Positions 24,873-37,300 of a stretch of 64,000 nucleotides of DNA are shown piece after piece. Each line of letters opens with the position of its first letter. The first letter of the stretch is position 1. The translations under genes and the position numbers were made by a program. The stretch is from Azolla caroliniana (Eukaryota; Plantae; Polypodiophyta), in contig JBHGNT010000001.1 in the NCBI GenBank assembly GCA_043228905.1, positions 35,092,001 to 35,156,000 of the forward strand, written 5' to 3'. The notes beneath the pieces are model-generated. The model saw nothing but the letters and a program-made list of their open reading frames with translations. It was not told the DNA's origin and made no database searches.

Positions 24873-27800
24873 ATGGGATCTCCCACAACCTTAGTTCTGG
24901 AATGCAGGAGGCCATCTGCTGCTTATACTGCTACTACTTCCACAACTAATTCTGGCTGCAGATCATCAAACTTTACTTATGATCACCATAACATTGACGA
25001 TGATGATCAAGGCAAACAAATTCACAGAATTGAAGAGTATTTAAATGCTCTGGAAGAAGAGCGAAGAAAGATCGAAGTTTTTAAGCGAGAGCTTCCCTTA
25101 TGTATGCAGCTATTGCAAGATGGTAATGAGCTAGTATGCTTAAATTTGAAAAATCAAAGTGATTTAAATGCTTATTTTCTTGTTGGTTATCTAGTAGTGT
25201 ATATGCGTATTTTACTTGCTTAAGTAAATAAAGGTAAACACACAGACACACATATTTTATTAGAAATGAGAATGGTGCTTAAAATCGAGCTATCGGAGTT
25301 CCAGATTTTTCCAGTTTGGCAGTTAAATGATGGTTATCTAGTAATGTGTGTAAACACACACATATGTGTGTGTGTGTATATGTATATATATATACACACG
25401 CCTATATTCCTCACGGTGAATATGTTTTAATTTGGTTAGAAATAGGAAGGCGTGTTTTTAAAATGGGTATAATTATAGCGATCTATGTGTGTTCAATGAT
25501 TTGATTGGAAATGGGAGTGTCTGATTCACTGCACGTCTTTGATTTCTATTTACTTCTGCAGCTATTCAATCTTACAAAGAAAGGCTTTGTTTCTATAAGC
25601 CTGCTGGGCCTATCACAAAGGCCAAGGAACCTAACCACCATGATCAGAGTGTGATTAAGGATGCTATCGTGCTTGAAGAGTGCACACAGATGAAGATTAT
25701 TAAGCCTGCTGATGGTTCTTACACAGATCAAACTGCAGAAGAGAAGAACATTTGCAAGCCAACCATTAGCTGGATGAAAGTAGATTGTATTGATATGCAA
25801 AGAGAAGTCAATAGCAAAGAAGTAAGTATATCAGTGTTTATTTGCAAATATATGGTTCTTCTTGTGCAACTCTATGATGCCCAAAATACGAAAAAATTAC
25901 AAATTTGAGATTGTTTTATGCTCTATTTATATTGTTGATCGATTATGGTTACTCTTTTGCTCAATTGTTGTAATTTTAACCTTGTGCTAATCTTCCTCAG
26001 TAACTAGTTTTAATTAGGATTTAATAATCATATGTCAGTTGAAGAGGCTTCATTGGAATTAGTGGCATTTTCAGAATCAGGTTAAACTAGAGGGGAAGGA
26101 GTTTTCCTTTTTGATGATGTGCCCTATAAAACAATGTTCATTCTTCTCGTTTATCATGCAGATGTGTAAATCAGATTTAACAATAAGAAAGAATTATGGG
26201 CTACAATGTGTGCAAGAACAAGCCTTTAGCACTTCCTCAAAGCCATTTTTCCACTCCAAGAACAAGTCAGGGGGAGCATTTATGCCTTTTAATAGAGACA
26301 AGTTGCAAGCTGTTGTGCAACCGAGGGCAAGACCTGGAGCACTCAATCCATCAGATCTCGCATTCACACCATCAGACGCCAAAGTTTATTGTAATAGCTC
26401 CACTAATAGCAATTGCAATAATTTGTCGCTCTCTGAGAGCCCTCCTCCTCCCTCATCATCATTGCTCAAACTGATGAAAATCAAGCCAAAAGTAGAGAAT
26501 AACGTTAAGGAGTTGATTGAGTTTAAGCAGACAAGTATGAAAGGAACTGATGGCTCAAATGGTACCTCAATCCCTCGAAAAGCTCGGCGATGTTGGTCGC
26601 CAGAGCTGCATCATCGCTTTGTGAATGCATTGCATCAACTTGGAGGCCCTCAAGGTATGCCAATTGATGATGATGAATTTGTAATGTCTTTACGAAGGTC
26701 TTTGCCTATGAATTTTCTGCATTGATTGTAGGGATAAACATTGAAATATTCAAGTTTTCAAAACTTACCTGTCTATCCCCTGTAGTGAAAAATTTAATTG
26801 TACAGGGGTATCCCCACTGCCATGTTGTCAATGCATTGCATCAGATTGGTGGCCCTCGGGTACGATTATGAAACATTCGGTCTACAGGATGTATGTATAG
26901 ATATGTCTCTGGCAAACAGCAAAATACGCCACCCCTAACTTGCATATTTACCAGAATACCTGTTAGGGTGTGATGATATGATGCCTTCTATTTGGTACAT
27001 ACGTTCTTTCACATTTTTGCATTGATTATTGCATCCATTTAGATGTCCTGAGTATATGATGATGATATGATCCCTGCAATCCGATTCATGATGTGCACAT
27101 TTTCTTCACCTTTCCGTTTGCATAGATTGTATAATGGTTTTTCATGTAATTGGGTCTTTGTTCTTCACAGTGGCAACTCCGAAGCAGATCAGGGAATTGA
27201 TGAAGGTGGAGGGGCTTACAAATGATGAAGTGAAGAGTCATCTTCAGGTAAAAAAAACACTATACTGAATAGTTTTTGAAAACTTTTTAAAACAAAAAAA
27301 AATGTCTCTTTGGAAACAATATTCTGATATACTGGACATGTAAATCAATATGTTTCATGGGCGGATAGAAATCTAATGGGTTCGAACGCCTCCGGAGTAT
27401 CAGGAATGCTAAATTATGCCTTGTTCTCCCATTTGTGAAAATTACAGAAATACAGATTGCATACAAGGAGGCCTAGTCCATCCCCGGCTGTATCTGCCCA
27501 CACACCGCAAGTGGTCTTGGTAGGAGGAATATGGGTGCCTCCAGAGTATGCTTTACACAATTCTACACATAATTCAATACAGAATGCAATAGATCAATCC
27601 CCTGCTTTGTATAGTGTTTCACGACCAAATGCATATCAAACTCCAGCTACTTCAACATCTCAAGAGATGTGTTCGCAGCTTGAGTCACCGGAACAAATCA
27701 ATCTACAATACTGTTCCTCAGCTCCAGCTCATTCGCAAAACTCTCTGAGAGGCCCTACTATGAGAAACAATGGTCAATCTTCTTTAGTAGTATATGCACA

Positions 27801-28053
27801 TTCGGACGATGTTGTTGGTAGAGAAGAAAGTGTTGGTGATGATGATGATGAAAATTCTAGCTATAAGGGTTTATATATTAATGAAGCTACTAGAGTTCGG
27901 CAGAATGGGGCACATGTGGATATGGAGAATGAGGATAGAAGCCACACCGAGAGCATCAATGCGAATCGATCACATTGCACGAGTGACGATGACTCAGATA
28001 CAGAAATTGAAGATAGACGGGATTGTGACGGAACAAGTTTGGAGTTATCTTAA
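24873..28053 (+). CDS. GARP/G2-like MYB transcription factor of the HRS1/HHO (NIGT1/EFM) family, 5 exons
   Basis: Exons 24873-25122, 25562-25821, 26162-26654, 27171-27247, 27448-28053. Motifs [87 protein letters not shown] and VGGIWVP. Confidence 0.95.
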
Positions 28054-29343
28054 CATTTTGGAAAAGTTATGTGTTCACCACTCTATCCATATGCAATTCA
28101 CTGCAAGAACAACTCGATCTTTGGGAATCAAGGAAAAATGTAGCCACATAGTTTTGGGAAAGATGACAAAGTTGCAAAACATGAGATGAGATAATCTGAA
28201 GTTTGGACTTAGCTTTGAAGCCAACCTTTGGCTAAGGATGATTGGTTCTACATTTTGTTTCTAAAAATTCTTATATAAGAGATAGGTACCTGACACTGTT
28301 ATATCAAATTGTATATTTGTTTTCTTGGGGTGGTGGGGGTTGCTGGGGGCAGGATTGTAAAATGACCATCGTCTCTAAAAGATGAAAAGGGAAATGAGTA
28401 TCCAATAATGTATTTTACATCGAATAGAGGTTTAAATTTTTGTTAAAACATCATAGTTAAAGAAGTGTGTTATGTCCTAATGTTGTCTGTAAATGGTCCA
28501 TAACTAGAAGCCAACTAGGCTGGAACAGCTAAGGCTTGTCACAATGAACAGAAAGGAAGCCTTTCTTCAATGAGTTGCTCAAGACGTGGAGTGTGAAGCC
28601 TATTATTATTTTGTTTTTTGATGGAGGAACTACAAATTATGAACAACTTAGGGAACATATGAAGTTTAAAATTGAAACATGAAGAGACATGACATTTACA
28701 AATTTAGTATCTACCTCATTTCAAGCTGCAACACTCTTGTTATCACTTTTAGGTTTTTGTTAACAAAATTGTTTCTATGTATTGCTAGTTTGAGATCATG
28801 CACGCTAATATTTCAATAACACTATTCTAGTTAAAATGAGGCTTTACAAAAGACTGAGAATAATCAAGAATGATATTTTACAAATTCAATTTCCACAACC
28901 CAAGAATTGAAATCACCTAGTTTGTTCATCGATCCAACATTTGATATATGTCCATGGCATTGATTGTGGACCTATCATCAATTCCACATTATATGAGTGA
29001 AAAGTGAAGACGAGAACACCATGTTTTGTACCATATCTCGTCTAACATACTTTGTGGATGACTACAAGTCAATTGTTTGCCTTGCACATTACATGTGTGA
29101 GAACAAATACAAAATCATCATTTCAATCAAACTTTACACTTGGAAAGATGACTTTAAAAATTTAGTGTTTCATTTTATAAAACATCCATCCTTCTTGTAA
29201 GAGATCATGTGCACATATATTTCAATATTATACTTACCTTAAATAGTGCATGTTCAATTGATTGAAAATGACAAGTTGAGCTTGTGCTAAGGTATGGGTA
29301 TAAACAATGATTAATGATAATGTATGGTTTTATATCTCTACTT

Positions 29344-29457
29344 GAGCATATTATATATATATGTTCATCAATATTATAGTCGAGCATATTATATATATAT
29401 GTTCATCAATATTATAGTCGAGCATATTATATATATATGTTCATCAATAGTATAGTC
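29344..29457. repeat. 38 bp tandem repeat, 3 copies
   Basis: GAGCATATTATATATATATGTTCATCAATATTATAGTC at 29344, 29382 and 29420. Confidence 0.95.
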
Positions 29458-29991
29458 ACTAGTGGATTATGATAATAATGAAGACATTATGTGGCAAACC
29501 ACAATATGAAAATGTTGCATTTAAATTTTTATCTTACTTGCATTCTAAGCTTTCATAAAAATGCAACCTTTTGATGCAATCATCCAATGATGCTTCTTCG
29601 AGGGCAACAATGGATGATACCCCAACTACTATGACCCTTTGTTTATCGTAGAAACTAGCTTCTGCTTTTGTTTGGCTTATGGTAGACACCCTCCACAGAA
29701 TCACAATGGACAAACTTATGCATGATAGGAGAGAGTTTAGGTGGCTTGATCCACATGATTTAGTTTTGTTCTATGGGCAAATTTGCATTTCGTAACCTTA
29801 AGCTCATGGTGTTGAATGTTGAATAAATGGACTAATTGTTATAAACCCTTTTGTAATTTAGCTTAAAATCATGCACACTTCTTGTTTGCTCCTTAAAAAA
29901 TAAATGGTGTTCCGTTCCAAGGTTGTAGCCCAAGGTTTCAAGTCCTTACATCATGACATCACAACAAATGCTTTGTGTATCCATAGCAGTA

Positions 29992-30290
29992 GAGGAAAAA
30001 ATGAAAAAATGAAAAAAGAAGAAAAAATGAAAAAATGAGAAAAATGAGAAAAAAGAAGAAAAAAGAGAAAAAATGAGAAAAAGAGAAAAAATGAGAAAAA
30101 AGAGAAAAAATGAGAAAAAAGAGAAAAAAAGGAAAAAACAAGAGAAAAAAAGGAAAAAAGAAGAAGCAGAACTTAAGAATGCACACAAATATATATGTAT
30201 GTATGTAATGTAGTCTCTCTGTCTGTCTCTGTCTCTGTCTCTGTCTCTGCGATTCTCAACAATAGCAGTAGCAGTAGCAGTAGCAGGCAG
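29992..30290. repeat. Purine-rich low-complexity tract (GAGAAAAAAT-like units) followed by (TCTCTG)n and (AGCAGT)n
   Basis: Directly visible simple repeats upstream of the kinase gene. Confidence 0.85.
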
Positions 30291-31013
30291 TAAGTACGTA
30301 CACGCAGAAAAGAGGAGAACCCATTTCCTCTTTGCCCGTCTCTGATGATCGGTGGTGGGTCTGGTCTCCCTTCTCCTGCTTTTCTTCTCTCCATGGCTTT
30401 GCCGCCGATCCATCCAACCTTCAAATTTCAACCCATTTCTTCATCCCTGCCCCATCCCAGTCTATTTCCTCCTTTCCCGCTCTTTCTCTTCCTCACTCGA
30501 TAGTATTGCTCCCCATCCTCTTTGTGATTGATTACACTCCATCTTCATCGCCATCTTTTTGAATTTTGAATTTAGAGTCGGGTTACTGATTCTCTCGTAT
30601 GGCAATTTTCGAAGCATAAAAATATAGAAAAATGCTGATGCGATTGATCGGAATTGGGATTCATTGAAAAGAAGTGGAAGCTTGATTATGATATGTTACG
30701 TAGGATTTCAAGCAAAAGCGCTCCTTCCGTTTCCAGTTTCTTACGGATGTTAATACTTTTTTGGCGAAGTTAAATTAATTTCTTCTTCTTCTTGTGTTTG
30801 TACATAAAGCTCTTGAAAGACACAAAATGTCAAGGCATGGAAGAGATTGAAGAGAGAAATTGCATAGATTTACATCCATTTTGAAGATGTATCAACCCAG
30901 AAATTATTCTTTGAAACTTTCAATTGTGATGTATCAACCTTGAAGTTATTCATTGAAAACCAGTTTCATGATGAATTGAGTGGAGCGAATTATTCATAGA
31001 AACAAATTCATTC

Positions 31014-34000
31014 ATGGAGAGGAAACCCTCCGCTGTGGCTGATCCGAGGATCAGCAAAAAGAGCTATTCGCTGTCAGCTTCAGATTATAAACTTCTCGAA
31101 GAAATTGGCAAAGGAGTTAGTGCATTTGTTTATAGAGCTAGATGTATACCCCTCAACGAGTTCATTGCAATCAAAGCCCTTAGTTTAGATGGATGCGATA
31201 GCAACAACTTGGTAAGTCTTGTAATGGTCTATTAAAAGCTCAATTAACTTTGTGATTTTAATATTTAGATAGAAAACGTGTTTCGTGTTAAGTTTTTGAA
31301 ACTCAAGATGAAACTTGAAAACAGGGTTGTGAGTCACATTAAGTAAAAGTAGATAATTTTTTCTAAAATTTTGAAATTGAATGCGAATAAAGAAGGTCAA
31401 CATGATGATGAAACCTGGTTGCAAGTCATATTAGCTAAAACTAGACAAAAAATCTGTCTAGATATGGGAAATGAAACTTTCGAAGGGGTAGAGTGGTCAC
31501 CTTAGGTATACAAAGTTGATTGCATCTGATGAGTTTTCTAACAATAGTTTAATTATGAGGTTGGTTGTATCACGTCTAGCAGTGTGATAAGGAAGATCAT
31601 TTATACATCAATTTCAGTTTCCAATTGTCTGCTAGCTCTATCTTGCAAAGCTAACATGTGCCCAATGCCGAAGTTGTAATCTTTTGATGATGCCTACGTA
31701 AGGCTTATTTCAGTTTCCTATGTATCTGGGCATGTGTCTTTGCTCAGTATTCTTCTGAACATAATTCCTTTCTTTCAAGGAATTTCTCTTAGGAATTTCT
31801 TCTGAACATCATTTATACATCAATTTCAGTTTCCAATTGTCTGCTAGCTCTATCTTGCAAAGCTAACATGTACCCAATGCCGAAGTTGTAATCTTAAGGC
31901 TTATTTCAGTTTCCTATGTATCTGGGCATGTGTCTTTGCTCAGTATTCTTCTAAACATAATTCCTTGCTTTCAAGGAATTTCTCTTAGAAGTGTTGGAAG
32001 ATGCAAAGTCAAAGGAGGTTTGAAGATATAAAGAAAGAGATAAAACAGAGTGAGATGGAAGTAGGGGCCGAGTTTTGGCATATACTTATTTTGCTGCAAA
32101 TAACATTGGAAATTACTTAGCCCTATTAAGACTACCTTAGAAATTTATCCATTACCAGGAAATTACAGTATTGGGTATAACCATGAGGGATACTATAATA
32201 AGAAAGAGGAAAACGAAAATATGAAGTAGATTCAGATGAAGAGAAAGAAAGAAAGCTATAATAATGTCTTTTGAAAGCCCAAAATGGCCTATAAGACTGA
32301 ACAAGAGATTGTTATATTTTTAAATGTTTTCTCGTCTTTGAGAATGACAAACAAAAATAATTATAACTAAAAATAGTTTGCTAAAGAATCTAGATATCCA
32401 AGTGCGTAAGGTTCTGAACTTAGATAAACATGGGCCACTCCAAGATGGAGAGATCACTGAAGTGAGTGAAGCGCCCTTATTGCTGGGTGATAATGGCCTT
32501 TATTTGTTGATGGCAAGGATGATGAGGCTGTGGTCAAGACCTCACTTGTGTAGTTCTTGATTGACTTGTAGCATGAGGAGTAATGTAGCTCAAGAAAGTC
32601 ATGTTTGTTTTCTGTCACTGAGGTGTTATGGTTGTATTATTGTTCTTCTGAGCATTGTTGGTCTCCATATTGATTCATCCCATGATGGCACAATTGGCAG
32701 ACATATTCATTCATAGATTTTAAACATACCTGCCTATGTCAATTTCTTGCATATGTCAAGATGTCGTGAGCTGCCCTATCAAACTGTGCGGGGCACATGA
32801 GATAATGTGTATCCATGTAAGAGGGCCCAAACATAAATCCATCTGTCAATGTTTATAAAAGAATGCTCTATAGTGACTCATCTTCCTACCAAGAGATGTT
32901 GTGGGGCTGATCCACATGCTTTCATCATTCAATTTAGTGATATGAATTAATCACTCTATATTCATCCACTTTAGTCATGTTCAAGTGTGGTCAAGCCAAG
33001 CCATATCGGAATAGGGGTGGTGTGTTGATACTTATGCCTTATGACTCGAACCATTCTTTCATTTCAGCATACCAACAATGATTATCTCCAAGTTCAGCAA
33101 GAAACTTTGATAGCATAGGTGCCAATCTTGAGTACCTTCGCTTAGGGAGCTCTCAAATCAATTGAATTTCAGTCATTGGTTGGAATATGGCCTTGGTCAC
33201 TACTGGCCTGCCGCCATCGTTGCCATGAACACCCATCCTTTGCTTCTTATTCTGCTGGCCTCTTCAGATCTGTCCCATTATGGGGCCTACGAAGGCTTGG
33301 ACCCCATTTTCATCTGTAGAGAAGAGTTGGTGTTACAAGTATAACCACCACAAATTAGTTTGGTTCATGGAACTATATACATGCACATTGTCTTTCAAGG
33401 GCACCAAAGGCTTCATATCCATGAGTAAGTCGAGCAGAAATAGCCTCCCATAGGTAGAACCGTCCTATGAATGTTGCTCTTAGATATGTATAGGATTGTG
33501 TGTATGCTACCTCTTCCTCTCCCAAGAGCAATTCTACTTTTGATCCCGTTACTGATGGTTGAGTGGTGTTAAACAACATCACTTTAGTTTTGTCAAGGTT
33601 GACGAAAAAATCACTATCAATGCAAATGATTTTAAAGCATTTAGATGTCCGTTTTGCCCTTTTGGAGATTAATACAATGTCCGAAACATATTGTAATGTC
33701 AGTATAGCACCGTTGTGGAGCATGCTCCTGAACCACCCAATCTCTTTATGTAATTAGATACCTCAACTTAATTAAGACCGAAGAGTGCGGATGATAGTGG
33801 GCATCCTTGTTTTGCTTTAATCATGCTAGCCAACCTCCAACAACCCAATGGCAGTTGCACTTTTTTTCTTGATACTGATTCATATAGTGCATGGGTTTCC
33901 CATTGCATATCTACTGGGATTCCAAGGGTTTCTGGTTGGTGGACGAGTTGAGTAGGTTACACAATGTTGAAAGGTTTCTAGTGATCCACAAAGTAACAGT

Positions 34001-34328
34001 AGATTCTCCTTTTATGGGCCTTTCCCTCCTCAATAAGGACTTGGAGCATCAATATGTTATTGAATGTTCGTTTCAGAAACCTACCTTTCTGTCTGAACAG
34101 AAATCATTTCTCTCTTGTCAATAACTATGCCTCCTTCATCCTTATCATTGACAAATAAAGGCTGTTATCATCCAGTACTGAAGGTGCTTGCTCACTTTGG
34201 AGATCACTTCATCTTGGAGCAGCTCATGTTGGAAGTTTTTCAAATGCAGAAGTTTCAGTATATCTAAATTCATGGTTTGTTCTTAAAGATGAGACAATAT
34301 TTTATGATGTAATCTCTTGTTCGCTCTT

Positions 34329-34374
<46 letters not shown>

Positions 34375-37300
34375 TAGACATGGAGTAAAGCATATCTACA
34401 AAAGTTGAAGGGAGTACTAATGTGGCAATTTTCTTTATTGGAGCAAGTGGAAATTCTTTCCTCGGTCGAGTGTTCGTCTTGCCTAGTGGCAATTCAACAT
34501 GTTCCACTACCCATGTAGTGTAGTGTAGTTAGTGGGTGACCATAATCCATTGTCACACCTATTGTAAGTAGTGTTTTTTACACACATTTATTAATATAAT
34601 TGTTTGTTTTTGCCAAAAAAGAGGAAAGAATTTCCACTTGCTCCAATAAAGAAAATTGCCACATTAGTACTCCCTTCAACTTTTGTAGATATGCTTTCAC
34701 TCCATGTCTACTGTCGCTCTCTCTCTCTCTCAAGGCTGCTCTTGCTTGCTCATGTGCACAAATCCCCCCAATCACTTATTGTTGCAAGCGTAAAATGACG
34801 TTCTTCATCATATCAACTATTTTATGGGGCCTTACCTCGTGGACAATATGGCAATATATTTCTGAAAATATTACTTGTTTCCCTCTGCTCTTTGGAATGT
34901 CATGTTTATGTCCTCAGACTGCTTTGAAGTAGTCACTAATGTCTGGGAGATTGTTTAGGATAATATCCGAAGGGAAGTGCAAACTATGAGCTTGATCAGC
35001 CATCCTAATGTTGTCAAAGCTTACTGCTCTTTTATGGTGGAGAAATCTCTGTGGGTTGTCATGCCATTCATGGCAGGTGGTTCATGTTTACACATCATGA
35101 AAGCAGCATATCCTGATGGCTTTGAAGAACCTATTATTGCCTCTTTCTTAAAAGAGACATTGAAGGCTTTGGAGTATCTACATCACCAGGGTTATATCCA
35201 TAGAGATGTGAAGGTTAGTTCTTTGCTTTTGCTATTTGTTGAACGAATTTGTATAAGCTAAGGTGTCATAGAGATTATCTTTTAGCTGCATTGCAGGCAG
35301 GAAATATATTGGTTGATGGAAATGGTGCTATCAAACTTGGAGACTTTGGTGTGTCAGCATGTATGTTCAACACATGGGATAGGCAAAGGTCGAGGAATAC
35401 TTTTGCAGGAACTCCATGCTGGTGGTTTTCTAGCCAACTCTATGCATTAAATCTTTGGTTGTTGCACGTTTCTACAAAAGAAATTAACCCTTTTCTATTG
35501 ATATACATTGTTTTTCAAAATAAGAAATAGGTTTTCATTGACTTCTTCTGCATTATGTCTAGTTTATTGTTCACAAGCTGTTAGAATATTAACTTGAGTT
35601 TTCCTATACCAAACTCAATTATGTCTAGTTAGGCCCCTGCTCCATGGACCACGATGTCACCACCATTGTTGTCGACAGGTAAAAGCCATTATCTCCTACC
35701 ATCGCAAAAGCTTCCATTGCTTCGGAGACCACGCCATTCTGGATCAACCTATGCTAGAGACATTTCGAAAACAAAAATTATAATATATCTGAGTTGTAAA
35801 TCTTACATGTGCCGATAATAAGATTCTTTAGTCTCTTTTTATCTTATTTACTTTTTTTACTTAGTAACATTTATTTACTTTGATTTGTTGTTCTCAAAGA
35901 TGAGACAACACTTAAGATGTAATCTCTTGTTTAGTCTTATAGGCCACTTTGGCCTCTTAAAAAATGTTAATATATCTTCATTTCTTTCTTTCTTTCTCAA
36001 AGATATATAGATTTTAATATCAAATATGACCCATGAACCAAAGTTTTTTTTTGAAACATTGTCATATAATGGAAAATGACTCTTGATGCTGAAAAATGTG
36101 TCAGGGGAGATATGCTCCTCCAAGTAGGGGGAGATGCAGCCTATTATGATGGAAAAGAATAATAGCATTCAAGCACACATGTAAACTATCAATGGGAGGA
36201 GAAAAGTCATGTGAGGCTGTCACGAGGAACAAAAGGCTAATGAAACCAAAGAATAGGATAGCGATAGCAAACAAGTATAGTGACATCAGCTTCTACCATC
36301 TACAATTCGACCTTAGAAGATGAACAAAGGAGAAGGATGGGATCACTTCATATTTGAGTCATGGGCATTAAAGAACATAACAATGTGGAAGAGAATGTGA
36401 AAGAAATGCATGCTTTTATGGAATGGAGCCCAAACATTTAAAATCATGGAGAGCAGGCAAGAAGGGGAATGATCCAGAGGCTTAAAGAACAGGACCCTTA
36501 TCCTCTGCGTTCCCACTTTGGAAGCTAAGAACTTCTTGGTGAAACATGTTTCTCTCAAGAACATGGGTATCTTCCTTGGGGATGACATCACATTATCTCA
36601 GATTTGCATGGGAGTGCACACCAGACATAAGAGTAGATATAAAGAAAGAAAAATATATTACACAAATCTTGTAGAATGTCTGATAAAATAAAGCAAATTA
36701 AATTGTGCATAAACTAGGTAGCAGCTGTTATGTAACTAGGTTGCTTTCAAATTACAATGATATAGAGACCATAGAGAGATACCACCATGAGAGCTGGACC
36801 AGACCACATATCCCTATTCAAGAACATATCATTTACTTTAGAGACAGCACTCTGGAAGACTTGAGGTCAGCACAACAGCCTGTTCCATCTCTGCAACGTT
36901 CTGCTTGATGGAACCTTCTTGATAATGTTTTTCAGTTCAGTCACTCTCAACACTCTCGGATGTGCGTCTCTTCACATTATCGGTGGTAATTGCATCAATG
37001 GATCCAGATAAACAAAGTATGTCACCAAACCACTCTGGACTAGGTACCTAACGCAGATGATATTTGATGTTATGCACGGAAACCCATGTGCAATCTTCTG
37101 GGATAATTTTGATTGGGTGTAACTTATTTGATCTCATAGGTCTCGTTGGCAGATCTCAGTGGATATAACTTATTACAGAAAATTTTGTTTTTATTTCTTC
37201 TTATCACATCTTACCAGATTTAACTTATTTGGTCTCATAGGTATATTGTCTTTTTGAAGACTTTAATGCAACATATCATTTCCTTTCTGGTCCAGGCTAC

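Noticed and set aside
29946-30431. 161 aa and 75 aa Phe-rich minus-strand ORFs
   Set aside because: They are translations of low-complexity A/G-rich simple repeats.
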